DNA of 64,000 nucleotides from Bacteroidales bacterium (GTDB lineage Bacteria; Bacteroidota; Bacteroidia; Bacteroidales; VadinHA17), in contig JAXDBV010000045.1 of assembly GCA_034678415.1 (NCBI GenBank), forward strand, positions 1,317 to 65,316. The letters are read 5' to 3'. The position numbers and the translations under genes were made by a program. Positions 8,388 to 17,850 of this stretch are shown piece after piece. Each line of letters starts with the position of its first letter. Positions within the stretch are counted from its first letter, which is position 1. Below the pieces are notes generated by a model, which was not told where the DNA came from, did no database searches, and saw only the letters and a list, made by a program, of their open reading frames with translations.

Positions 8388-9735
8388 TATCCAGGTCCTG
8401 CTGCAGGTAACACAATTTCCCTGTTGCTGTCACGGGTATCGAATCAACCTCTTTGAAAGTAATCTCAAAATCGTTCCCCAGCACATGCATCAGCCGGGCA
8501 TTCATTGTTGTCTCATTTACCGGTTCATCCTTTCCTGACCGCACATAGTTGAAGACAAGCCGTCCGGGTTCTGACTGATGGAACTTGAACTGTTCCACGC
8601 CGGTGAATTTCCCGCACACGATACTCAGAGCAGCCAGTGTGATCAGTTTGTTTGAACGGCCGACGACCAGTTCCTGTACCCTACCTTCCACCCTGTCGAA
8701 GAGCGGATAATGAAAGGTGCAACCCGTGTGGGTGTGTTCTCCTTTAAACGCGTAATCCATGGTACGGTACCGGATGAATGGTGTGGCACGAACCCAGAGG
8801 GAGGTGCCTACCAGTTCGCCCTTTTCATCCTTGGAGGCTTCCGTTCCCCTTTCTGTAATGATCTCGGCAATACCATACTCGGGAACAATATGAAACCTGT
8901 CATCTTCGGGACAGGTACCCGCGAGGATGGTTTTCTCTGCAAGTCCGTACCAGTGGCAGATAGGGGCTCTGAACACTTCAGCAATAATGTCCCTGTGATA
9001 CGGATATAACACTTCTGATCCCAGCATCACTGCCCTGAACCGGTGACGAATCTTCAGGTTGTTCCTTTTCATGATTTTTGCCAGCACATATAGTGATGAC
9101 GGATAGGCATGCAGGATGGGAGTCTGGTACTTTTCCATCGCGGTTGCAAACAGTGCTGCCTGTTTCGCAGTTAAATGGTAGGAAGAGAGGATCAGCCCGT
9201 GCATAGGATCGTACGTCATTCCTCCGGGAACGATCCGGCCGCGCAGGATGGTGGATGGAGTTTTCAAGTCAATGTCGGGGACATATTGAGACCACAGATG
9301 ATGGATACATGCTTTCTCAATCATATGGTTCTCGGCCTGTATATAAAAACCAAAAGGGATACCGGTGGAACCGCCCGTTGTGATGTACTCAATCCCCTTG
9401 AGGTTTCTGTTTGTGAAATGATCCAGCTCTTTCCGCAGGAGTTCTTTATTGATGGCAGGGATTTTTTTAATGTCTTCCGGGGTTTTCAGCATTGAAGGCT
9501 GGAACCCGGACCGCTCCCACAGATTCCTGTATCCCCTGATATTATCCCAGCAGTAACCCACAAGTTCCTTAAGCCGTTCATACTGCCAGTCGGTATGCTC
9601 CTGCAAGGTGAAGTGGGAAGTACTCTTCAGTAGTTCCCGTGTTGTCAAGTATGTCCGGTAATGCAATGACCAGGCAGCCGGCAGGCGGGAACGCAGTGCC
9701 CTGAAAAGCCTGTATTTTTTCAGCCGTCGTCTCAT
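8371..9735 (-). CDS. Phenylacetate-CoA ligase-like adenylate-forming enzyme (CapK-type)
   Basis: 454 aa with the AMP-binding core motif YITTGGSTGIPFGFY and a C-terminal TATGKLCY. The size and the capsule-locus context resemble CapK/F390-synthetase-like proteins. Confidence 0.7.
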   Translation of the reverse strand: MRRRLKKYRLFRALRSRLPAAWSLHYRTYLTTRELLKSTSHFTLQEHTDWQYERLKELVGYCWDNIRGYRNLWERSGFQPSMLKTPEDIKKIPAINKELLRKELDHFTNRNLKGIEYITTGGSTGIPFGFYIQAENHMIEKACIHHLWSQYVPDIDLKTPSTILRGRIVPGGMTYDPMHGLILSSYHLTAKQAALFATAMEKYQTPILHAYPSSLYVLAKIMKRNNLKIRHRFRAVMLGSEVLYPYHRDIIAEVFRAPICHWYGLAEKTILAGTCPEDDRFHIVPEYGIAEIITERGTEASKDEKGELVGTSLWVRATPFIRYRTMDYAFKGEHTHTGCTFHYPLFDRVEGRVQELVVGRSNKLITLAALSIVCGKFTGVEQFKFHQSEPGRLVFNYVRSGKDEPVNETTMNARLMHVLGNDFEITFKEVDSIPVTATGKLCYLQQDLDIEKFL

Positions 9736-9740
9736 GGATA

Positions 9741-10916
9741 TTACCGGATGAAATGCTGATAAACACGCAACAATTCCCGGGCATCGTTATCCCATGTGTA
9801 TTTCTTCAGAACCATCTCCCTGCCGTTATTTCCGAGACGCTGATCGGCCTTTTTATCAAGACCTTTCAGTACTCGCGCCAGTTCTTCTGCCCGGTCTGAT
9901 GTATAGATAAAACCGCACTGTGCTTCATTGATCACCCTGACCAGCGGCAGGCAGTCGGATGAGATCACAGGCATTCCTGCATACATATACTGAAAGAGCT
10001 TATGAGGTATGGTGGCATCGGTATGGCTTGACCTGATGTGGGGAATAATACCATAATCTGCCTGCCCAAGTAGGCGGATCATTTCCTGGTATGGTTGATA
10101 GCCGTGGAAGATAACCTTGTCATCGAGCCCCAGTGAGTGGCACATCGCCTTGAGCGTATGAGTGTATCTTCCCTCACCGATAATCCATAGCTTCAACCGC
10201 TGAACCTCTTTGCTTATCCTGCCCATTGCCTGTATCACCGTTTGCAGCCCCCTGTGGTAGGTTATTCCACCGGTATAAACCAGCAGGATGTCATCCCTGT
10301 GTGGTTTTTCGTGCAATACCTGAAAATGATTCAGGTTCAGGGTATTGGATACTACCTGTACCTTGCTCTCATCAATATTCAATCGAAGGATTCTGTTTCT
10401 GGCTTCTTCCACTACTGTAATAATCCTGTCTACCTTGCCAAGAACCATCTTTTCATAGTCTGTCCACAACCGGACGGGTGACAGGATTTTCCCTGCCAGG
10501 GTATTGGTATGGCTGGATATGCTGAGCAGGGCAGGCCAGTTTTCATGCAGATCGGCCAGGACGGGAATGCCGAATTTCCGGCCCAGCTTGATACCCACAC
10601 TGATGAGGGGAAGATCATGTATATGAAGAACATCCATCTGCTCCTTTTTGAGGATGTCGGCCAGGAACTTACTCCAGAGATGAAAATAGAGGGGACATGT
10701 CAATGCGGCAATACTGAATTTGTGCACGAAGGGAGAAACGGCCATTCTGTGAATGACCAAATGGTTCTGTCTTTCCAGCCTCGGTCTTTCCTTCAGGGAG
10801 AGACTGGCCAGGTGCACCTCAATTCCTGCGCCGGTAAGGGCTTCGATTTCATTTTCCACACGTATGTCGGGAGGAAACTCCTGGTCAAGCACCATTAGTG
10901 TTTTCATACTCTGCAT
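9741..10916 (-). CDS. Glycosyltransferase family 4 (GT-B)
   Basis: C-terminal GT1/GT4 signature region GYQPYQEMIRLLGQADYGIIPH...PHKLFQYMYAGMPVISSD...GFIY, with an N-terminal GT4-like domain. Confidence 0.8.
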   Translation of the reverse strand: MQSMKTLMVLDQEFPPDIRVENEIEALTGAGIEVHLASLSLKERPRLERQNHLVIHRMAVSPFVHKFSIAALTCPLYFHLWSKFLADILKKEQMDVLHIHDLPLISVGIKLGRKFGIPVLADLHENWPALLSISSHTNTLAGKILSPVRLWTDYEKMVLGKVDRIITVVEEARNRILRLNIDESKVQVVSNTLNLNHFQVLHEKPHRDDILLVYTGGITYHRGLQTVIQAMGRISKEVQRLKLWIIGEGRYTHTLKAMCHSLGLDDKVIFHGYQPYQEMIRLLGQADYGIIPHIRSSHTDATIPHKLFQYMYAGMPVISSDCLPLVRVINEAQCGFIYTSDRAEELARVLKGLDKKADQRLGNNGREMVLKKYTWDNDARELLRVYQHFIR

Positions 10917-10998
10917 GAAATGTGTATATTACAGGCAGGATCTGCCGGCTCAAATTTATAGTGAACGGGTCAAATTACCTAATCCGGCGTGGACGGTA

Positions 10999-12099
10999 TC
11001 AGCCGACGACCAGTTTTTGCATGATGATGGACGCGATACGTTCGGCCGTTTTTCCATCCCACAGTTCCGGTATGCTCCCTTTTTTCATTTTGCCATTGAG
11101 GATATTATTGGCTTCTTTTTCTGCCTCCGGGAGGTTGGTGCCGGCCAGAACATTGGTTCCTGTTTCAACCGTCACCGGCCGCTCGGTGTTATCCCTGATG
11201 GTGATGCACGGAACAGACAGATAGGTGGTTTCTTCCTGTATACCGCCGCTGTCGGTGATTACCAGCCCTGCATTCCCGGTCAGTTGGAGGAAATCAATAT
11301 ATCCGACAGGATCGAGAAGAATAACATCATTGCTTACCTTGTTGCGGAGCTCGTATTTTTTCAGGTTGATCATGGTCCGGGGATGCACGGGGAATACGAT
11401 TTTTTTTCTCCGTGCCAGGCGGTTCAGGAACTCCACGACATCTGACAGGTTTTTCCTGGTGTCAACATTGTTGGGTCGGTGAAATGTAACGAGAATGTAC
11501 TCTTTTTTCCGCAGGTGGAGTTGTTTCAGGATGGTTGATTTCATGATGCGGGGCTGGTATTGTACCAGGCTGTCGATCATGATATTTCCCACGTAAAATA
11601 TTTTTCCCTGGTCTATTCCTTCCTTTCTCAGGTTTATAAGGCCGCTGGGTTCACTAACGAAGAGGTAGTCGGACAGTATATCGGTGACGATTCTGTTGAT
11701 CTCTTCGGGCATGGAACGGTCGAAGCTCCTCAGGCCAGCCTCCACATGGGCCAGGTGAGTGCCTGTTTTGGCGGCCACCACGCTGCAGGCGAGGGTTGAA
11801 TTTACATCCCCCGGAACGACAACCAGATCAGGCTTCTCACGTTCCAGTATCTTTTCGAAGCCGATCATGATACGACCCGTCTGATCAGCATGTGATCCGC
11901 CGCCCACCCCGAGGAAAAAATGCGGTTCAGGAAGTGCAAGTTCCTCGAAGAATATTTTTGACATGTTCTGGTCGAAGTGTTGCCCTGTATGACATATAAG
12001 GCTTATCAGGTCGTGGCTATAGCGGCATAATGCCCTGTGCAGGGGTGCAATTTTTATGAAGTTGGGACGCGCACCAACTACCAGGATAATCTTCTTCAT
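10999..12099 (-). CDS. wecB: UDP-N-acetylglucosamine 2-epimerase (non-hydrolysing)
   Basis: MKKIILVVGARPNFIKIAPL, HVEAGLRSFDRSMPEEINR and DSGGIQEETTYLSVPCITIRDNTERP are hallmark WecB/MnaA motifs. Confidence 0.9.
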   Translation of the reverse strand: MKKIILVVGARPNFIKIAPLHRALCRYSHDLISLICHTGQHFDQNMSKIFFEELALPEPHFFLGVGGGSHADQTGRIMIGFEKILEREKPDLVVVPGDVNSTLACSVVAAKTGTHLAHVEAGLRSFDRSMPEEINRIVTDILSDYLFVSEPSGLINLRKEGIDQGKIFYVGNIMIDSLVQYQPRIMKSTILKQLHLRKKEYILVTFHRPNNVDTRKNLSDVVEFLNRLARRKKIVFPVHPRTMINLKKYELRNKVSNDVILLDPVGYIDFLQLTGNAGLVITDSGGIQEETTYLSVPCITIRDNTERPVTVETGTNVLAGTNLPEAEKEANNILNGKMKKGSIPELWDGKTAERIASIIMQKLVVG

Positions 12100-12107
12100 G
12101 GGATGGT

Positions 12108-13658
12108 TCAGATTCTTTCAAGGAGTTTTCTCATGCTGACCTTTTCACCGGTGATCTTTGCGATATGGTCAATGTGGATCCGTTCCTGCATCATAGTGTC
12201 ACGGTCCCTGATGGTCACGGTCTGGTCCTGCAGTGTCTGGTGGTCAGTGGTAATGCAGTAAGGAGTACCGATGGCATCCTGGCGGCGGTACCTCCGGCCA
12301 ATCGAATCCTTCTCATCGTACTGGCAGTTGATATCAAACTTGAGGTCATCAATGATTTTACGGGCTATTTCGGGCAGTCCATCCTTTTTCACCAGCGGGA
12401 GGACGGCACATTTTACCGGTGCCAGGGCCGGAGGGATCCTCAACACCACCCTTTCTTCCATACCCCCTTCCGCGGGGGGGGCCATCTCTTCTGAATAGGC
12501 ATTCGACAGGATCAGAAGAAGCATCCTGTCAAGCCCGATTGAGGTCTCAATTACGTAAGGGGTAAAGCTTTCGTTGGTATCGGGATCAAAATACTGGAGT
12601 TTCCTGCCTGAATATTCCTGGTGCTGTCTGAGGTCAAAATCAGTTCTGGAATGAATACCTTCCACCTCTTTAAACCCCATGGGGAAGAGGAATTGTATAT
12701 CGACCGCCGCATTGGCGTAATGGGCCAGTTTCTCATGTACAAAGAAACGCAGGTACGACTCCTCAACGCCCAGGGCTTTGTGCCACCTCATCCTTTTCTC
12801 TTTCCAGTATTCGAACCATTCAATTTCCTCCCCCGGGCGTACGAAGAACTGCATCTCCATCTGTTCGAACTCACGCATGCGGAAGATGAATTGCCGGGCG
12901 ATGATCTCATTGCGGAAAGCTTTACCTACCTGTGCTATCCCGAACGGCACCTTCATCCTCCCTGATTTCAACACATTCAGGAAATTCACGAAGATACCCT
13001 GTGCGGTTTCAGGCCTCAGGTAAATAGTGCTGGCGCCGTCACTGAGCGATCCGATCTTCGTTTCAAACATGAGGTTAAACTTGCGCACATCGGTCCAGTT
13101 ACGTGTGCCCGACACGGGATCAACAATATTACAGTCAATAATGATTTGCTTTAGTTCCTCCAGGTCATCTTTTTCCAGGGCGCGGATAAACCTGTCGTGT
13201 ACCTGTTGGTACTCATTCCGGTACCTGGAAATACCGGGGTTGGTTTCGCGATACAGTTTCTCATCAAATTCCTCCCCAAAACGTTTGGCTCCCTTTTCCA
13301 CCTCCCTGTCAATTTTAGCCTGGATCTTTCCCAGGTGTTCCTCGATCAGGTCATCGGCACGGTAGCGTTTCTTTGAATCCTTGTTGTCGATCAGCGGATC
13401 GTTGAAAGCGCTAACATGCCCTGAGGCCTTCCATGTATCGGGATGCATAAAAATGGCCGAATCAAGGCCGACAATATTTTCATGCATTAACACCATCGAA
13501 TCCCACCAGTAGCGGCGTATATTGTTTTTCAGTTCAACCCCGTTCTGCCCGTAATCGTATACCGCAGCCAGTCCGTCGTAGATCTCACTTGACGGGAAAA
13601 TGAATCCGTACTCCTTTGCATGCGACACAAGCTTCTTGAATATATCTTCCTGATTCAT
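12108..13658 (-). CDS. glyQS: Glycine--tRNA ligase (homodimeric GlyQS type)
   Basis: 516 aa with FIFPSSEIYDGLAAVYDYGQNGVELKNNIRRYWW at the N-terminus, class II motifs (FRNEI..R, GLDR), and a C-terminal anticodon-binding domain (IGRRYRRQDAIGTPYCITTD). Confidence 0.95.
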   Translation of the reverse strand: MNQEDIFKKLVSHAKEYGFIFPSSEIYDGLAAVYDYGQNGVELKNNIRRYWWDSMVLMHENIVGLDSAIFMHPDTWKASGHVSAFNDPLIDNKDSKKRYRADDLIEEHLGKIQAKIDREVEKGAKRFGEEFDEKLYRETNPGISRYRNEYQQVHDRFIRALEKDDLEELKQIIIDCNIVDPVSGTRNWTDVRKFNLMFETKIGSLSDGASTIYLRPETAQGIFVNFLNVLKSGRMKVPFGIAQVGKAFRNEIIARQFIFRMREFEQMEMQFFVRPGEEIEWFEYWKEKRMRWHKALGVEESYLRFFVHEKLAHYANAAVDIQFLFPMGFKEVEGIHSRTDFDLRQHQEYSGRKLQYFDPDTNESFTPYVIETSIGLDRMLLLILSNAYSEEMAPPAEGGMEERVVLRIPPALAPVKCAVLPLVKKDGLPEIARKIIDDLKFDINCQYDEKDSIGRRYRRQDAIGTPYCITTDHQTLQDQTVTIRDRDTMMQERIHIDHIAKITGEKVSMRKLLERI

Positions 13659-13812
13659 AAATAATTGGTATAATCCAGTCGTAAACCAACAAAAATAATC
13701 GAAAATCCCGGTTTTTCATAAAATATAAATACATGTTCATCAAGCATACCCGTGAGGAAATACTCACACACCTATTTCTTATCTTTGTTTTTCCACTAAT
13801 CTTTTTTTCGCA

Positions 13813-15408
13813 ATGGAACGAAGGTGTGATTTTCTTGTAATAGGTTCGGGGCTGGCCGGCCTCAGTTTTGCCCTTAAAGCGGCGAAGACGGGCAAGGTAG
13901 TTATTGTCACTAAATCGGTGCTGGAGGAGACCAACACCAATTACGCGCAGGGTGGCATTGCAGCCGTAAGGTACAAACCCGATAATTTTGAGAAACACAT
14001 ACAGGATACTCTTGAATGCGGGGATGGTTTGTGTAACGAGGAAGTGGTAAGGATGGTGGTGTATGAGGCCCCGCGCCAGATCGATGAACTGATTCACTGG
14101 GGTGTGGAGTTTGACCGGAACGAGAACGGTGAATTCAACCTGGCCCGTGAAGGAGGTCATTCCGAGGCGAGAATACTGCATCATAAGGATTTTACGGGGA
14201 GGGAAGTACAATCGGCGCTCTCAAAGCTTGTGCGGGATCATCCGAATATCGAAGTGTATGAGCATCATTTTGCCGTGGAAGTTATCACCCAGCACCATCT
14301 TGGGATTCTGGTGAAGCACACCACGCCCGGGATCACCTGTTATGGAGCCTATGTGATGGATCTCAAAACCAGCGCTGTTCATACGTTTCTGTCAAGGGTG
14401 ACCGTGATGGCCTCGGGAGGGACGGGAAACCTGTATCATACCACTACCAATTCTCCGGTTGCCACGGGAGATGGGATAGCCATGGTCTATCGTGCCAAAG
14501 GAGCGGTGGAAAACATGCAGTTTGTACAGTTTCACCCCACTTCCCTGTATCATCCCGGTGAACGGCCGTCCTTTCTTATCACGGAGGCACTAAGGGGCTT
14601 TGGAGCCATTCTCAAAACCCAGGACGGGGAGGAGTTCATGCAAAAGTATGACAACCGGCTATCACTGGCCCCGCGGGATATCGTTTCCAGGGCTATTGAC
14701 CATGAGATGAAGGTTCGGGGTGATGATTATGTCTGTCTCGACTGCCGGCACCTGGATATTCACAAGCTGAAGAACCATTTTCCGAATATCTATAAGAAAT
14801 GTCAGTCCATCGGTATTGATATTTTCCGCGACATGATTCCCGTGGTGCCTGCAGCTCATTTTCTCTGTGGCGGAATAAAAGTTGACATGAATGGTAGGAG
14901 CTCGATCCATCGCCTGTATGCCATTGGAGAGACGGCATCCACTGGCTTGCACGGTGCCAACCGTCTTGCTTCCAACTCCCTGCTTGAAGGTGTGGTTTAT
15001 GCGGAAAGAGCGGCCAGGGATGCCATAGAGCATTTTAAGGATTATGAGTTCAGGGAGGATATCCCCATATGGGATTATGAGGGAACCTCACATCCGGAAG
15101 AAATGGTGCTCATTACACAGAACTACAAGGAAATGCAACAGATCATGAGCAACTATGTTGGTATCGTGCGTTCGGACCTGAGGCTGAAACGCGCAGCCGA
15201 CAGACTTGAGATCCTGTACCGCGAGACGGAAGAACTGTATAAAAAATCGATCCTTTCACAAAAACTCTGTGAATTGAGAAACATGATACAGGTGGGGTAC
15301 CTGATCATCAAGATGGCCAGGTTGATGAAAGAGAGCCGCGGGCTGCACTATACAATCAATTATCCGCCCGTAAAAGGAGATAAACAAACTCAACCAAAAT
15401 ATACATAA
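13813..15408 (+). CDS. nadB: L-aspartate oxidase
   Basis: FAD motif DFLVIGSGLAGLSFA, FVQFHPT and HGANRLASNSLLEG. At 531 aa it is typical of NadB. Confidence 0.92.
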   Translation: MERRCDFLVIGSGLAGLSFALKAAKTGKVVIVTKSVLEETNTNYAQGGIAAVRYKPDNFEKHIQDTLECGDGLCNEEVVRMVVYEAPRQIDELIHWGVEFDRNENGEFNLAREGGHSEARILHHKDFTGREVQSALSKLVRDHPNIEVYEHHFAVEVITQHHLGILVKHTTPGITCYGAYVMDLKTSAVHTFLSRVTVMASGGTGNLYHTTTNSPVATGDGIAMVYRAKGAVENMQFVQFHPTSLYHPGERPSFLITEALRGFGAILKTQDGEEFMQKYDNRLSLAPRDIVSRAIDHEMKVRGDDYVCLDCRHLDIHKLKNHFPNIYKKCQSIGIDIFRDMIPVVPAAHFLCGGIKVDMNGRSSIHRLYAIGETASTGLHGANRLASNSLLEGVVYAERAARDAIEHFKDYEFREDIPIWDYEGTSHPEEMVLITQNYKEMQQIMSNYVGIVRSDLRLKRAADRLEILYRETEELYKKSILSQKLCELRNMIQVGYLIIKMARLMKESRGLHYTINYPPVKGDKQTQPKYT

Positions 15409-15439
15409 TATTGAATAATAATTTAATATTATTCAATAT
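15408..15439. terminator. Perfect 13-bp A/T-only inverted repeat (6-nt spacer) between convergent nadB and the S9 peptidase gene; possible bidirectional terminator or protein-binding palindrome
   Basis: atattgaataata (15408-15420) and tattattcaatat (15427-15439) are exact reverse complements. The repeat starts at the last base of the nadB stop and ends 10 nt before the peptidase stop. An A/T-only stem would be thermodynamically weak. Confidence 0.35.
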
Positions 15440-15448
15440 AAGTATTAA

Positions 15449-17809
15449 TTATTTAAGATTCTCTTCAAATAATTTAAAGATTCTTTTATATTCATCAATC
15501 CAGCTGGATGGTTCGGTAAAGCCATGTTGTTCCACGGGGTAGATAGCCATCTCCCAGTTTTCCTTTCCCAGTTCTATCAATCGTTGAGCCAGGCGAACCA
15601 CATCCTGGAAGTGGACATTGTCATCCACCATGCCATGGCATATGAGCAGGGCTCCCTGCAGTCCTTCTGCAAAATAGATGGGTGAGCTCCTCATATATGC
15701 CAGGCTATCGGTGACGGGTGTGTTAAGGATATCTGAGGTATAGCTATAGTGATAGTGTGCCCAGTCGGTTACGGCTCTGAGGGCGGCACCGGCTCTGAAG
15801 ACCTCCGGTTTGGTGAACATGGCCATGAGGGTCAGGAATCCTCCGTATGATCCGCCATATATACCGATGCGTTGGGGATCCACGCCGCACTGTTCCACCA
15901 GGTAACGGGCGCCATCCACCTGGTCGTCCAGGTCTTTTCCTCCCATATGACGGTAGATAGCGGTGCGCCAGTCACGTCCGTAACCGGCGCTTCCACGGTA
16001 GTCAATGTCGAGGACGCAGTACCCATGATCCACAAGAAAGTTATGGAACATATATTCACGGTAATAATCGCTCCACCATTTGTGTGCGTTTTGGAGGTAA
16101 CCGGCACCATGGACAAAGATCACTGCCGGGCCGTTGACAGTCTCCTTTTCCGGTTTATAGAGCCGTGCCGGTACTTCTGCCCCATCGTCCGCCTTGAACC
16201 GGATGAATTCCGGTGTTCTCCAGGCATAGCTGTTAAACTCAGGAGTGACGGATTCTGTTATCTGACGGGGTGTGGCATTGATCTTGTTCTCCATCAGGTA
16301 GAGTTCCCACGGCCTGTTGGCCCGTGAATAGCGCAGGGCGATGTATTTTTCATCGGGAGAGAGGAAGTATTCAACACCTCCTTCCATGGATGTGAGGCGT
16401 GTTTTTTCACCGCCGTTCAATGGCATCTGATACAGGTGCCTCTCACCGTGGTGAACCTCATTGGAGGTAAAATACCAGTATTTTTTATCGAGGGACATAC
16501 GGACATTGTAGATCTCATAATTACCGGATGTAAGGGCTGTCTTCTTTCCTGTGAAAACGTCGAGGGTATACAGGTGTGAGAAGCCTGATTCTTCGGACTG
16601 GAAATATATGGCACGGTTGTCGGGCATCCATCCTGCAGCACTCCTGAATCCGATACCGGAGCCGCCAACCCAGGCCTCGTCGCGTTGCCGGTTGAGCAGG
16701 CGCAGGCCGCCGGTTTTAATGTCAAGAAGCATAATCCATCGGTCCTTGTTATCGACAGAGAAGATATCAAGAATGGCTTCTTTTCCGTCGTCTGACCAGA
16801 TGGGTGTTCCGAGGATGATCCCTCTCTTTTTATTCTCCTCTGTTTTCTTTGAAGGGTAATCGACCGCATAATCGGGCCGGTCGGTCAGTCCGGGAATATC
16901 ATCTTTATTAACCATATAGATGGTATCACGGTGTATGTCGTAGATGAACAGGTCACTGGATGAATAATAGGGTTCACCCACCTTGGAGCGTGCCCTGATC
17001 TCTTCCGTGTATCCTGATTCAGTAACATAATTGGGTACGATGGTTTGCTTTTCATCACGAAACTGGAACGCTCTCCATGTGATATAGTTTCCGTCAGGGC
17101 TCAGGCTGACAGAACCGGTCTGTGCCTTACCGGTGTAGATCACTTTTGGTGCGGGGCTCTTCATTGCCTTTTCTTCCTTCTCTGCCTGTTCCCTTCTGGC
17201 TTTTCGTTCAGCCAGCACACTGAACAGCCTCAGCTGGTCTTTATACAGCCATTTCTCATCTTCGTTGCTATAGGGTTTAGCTTCTTCTTTTTCCATTCCT
17301 GGCCGGAAATCGGTATACTGGAAAAGAGAGCCGTCGTTCATACTCCATGCAAAAAGGTTGTTTTCACTGGTGAACAGGATCTTATCCCCGCTGCTGCTAA
17401 AAACGGGATTACTTTCAAAGGCAGATGTTTTGGTGATTTGTATCGTGCTGCCTTTTTTCAGGTCAAGCAGATAGATATCGCCGTTCCTGGAATACACCAT
17501 CTGTGTTCTATCAGGGTTATAGTCCCCGTAAAAGGATGGCATGTTTTTCTTTTCTTCGGGGCTTACCCGGACCGGTATCCTGTTCCGGAGTGTGACGGCG
17601 TATAGTGACCGGGTAGCTTCCTGTTCCGGGTTCCAGGTGAAGTAAATTTTATCTCCTGCGGGAGACCATTGTATTTCATCAGGGGAATACCCTGTGAATT
17701 TTTCTCCCTGCATGATTGTTTCAATGGTCAGTTCATGCTGGGCAACGGCGGTAGTTCCACAGATACCCAGGATGAACAGGATAATACGGGGATATACGTT
17801 CAATCTCAT
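15449..17809 (-). CDS. S9 family serine peptidase (prolyl oligopeptidase / DPP-IV-like) with an N-terminal beta-propeller
   Basis: C-terminal alpha/beta-hydrolase domain with the nucleophile elbow GIYGGSYGGFLT, then DDNVHF and the EQHGF His region. The start is taken at MRLNVYPRIILFILGICGTTAVAQ (signal peptide, 17809); the track ORF extends to 17848. Confidence 0.85.
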   Translation of the reverse strand: MRLNVYPRIILFILGICGTTAVAQHELTIETIMQGEKFTGYSPDEIQWSPAGDKIYFTWNPEQEATRSLYAVTLRNRIPVRVSPEEKKNMPSFYGDYNPDRTQMVYSRNGDIYLLDLKKGSTIQITKTSAFESNPVFSSSGDKILFTSENNLFAWSMNDGSLFQYTDFRPGMEKEEAKPYSNEDEKWLYKDQLRLFSVLAERKARREQAEKEEKAMKSPAPKVIYTGKAQTGSVSLSPDGNYITWRAFQFRDEKQTIVPNYVTESGYTEEIRARSKVGEPYYSSSDLFIYDIHRDTIYMVNKDDIPGLTDRPDYAVDYPSKKTEENKKRGIILGTPIWSDDGKEAILDIFSVDNKDRWIMLLDIKTGGLRLLNRQRDEAWVGGSGIGFRSAAGWMPDNRAIYFQSEESGFSHLYTLDVFTGKKTALTSGNYEIYNVRMSLDKKYWYFTSNEVHHGERHLYQMPLNGGEKTRLTSMEGGVEYFLSPDEKYIALRYSRANRPWELYLMENKINATPRQITESVTPEFNSYAWRTPEFIRFKADDGAEVPARLYKPEKETVNGPAVIFVHGAGYLQNAHKWWSDYYREYMFHNFLVDHGYCVLDIDYRGSAGYGRDWRTAIYRHMGGKDLDDQVDGARYLVEQCGVDPQRIGIYGGSYGGFLTLMAMFTKPEVFRAGAALRAVTDWAHYHYSYTSDILNTPVTDSLAYMRSSPIYFAEGLQGALLICHGMVDDNVHFQDVVRLAQRLIELGKENWEMAIYPVEQHGFTEPSSWIDEYKRIFKLFEENLK

Positions 17810-17850
17810 TGTAAGGATTATTAAGGATGATGGGTTTAAAGGTATCAAAT

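Noticed and set aside
10753-11445. 230-aa plus-strand ORF spanning the GT4/wecB junction
   Set aside because: It overlaps two well-supported minus-strand genes and the gap between them. It has no family motifs.
13585-14211. 208-aa minus-strand ORF across the glyQS/nadB divergent region
   Set aside because: It overlaps the 5' ends of both strongly supported genes, including the nadB FAD-binding motif region on the other strand. It has no recognisable features.
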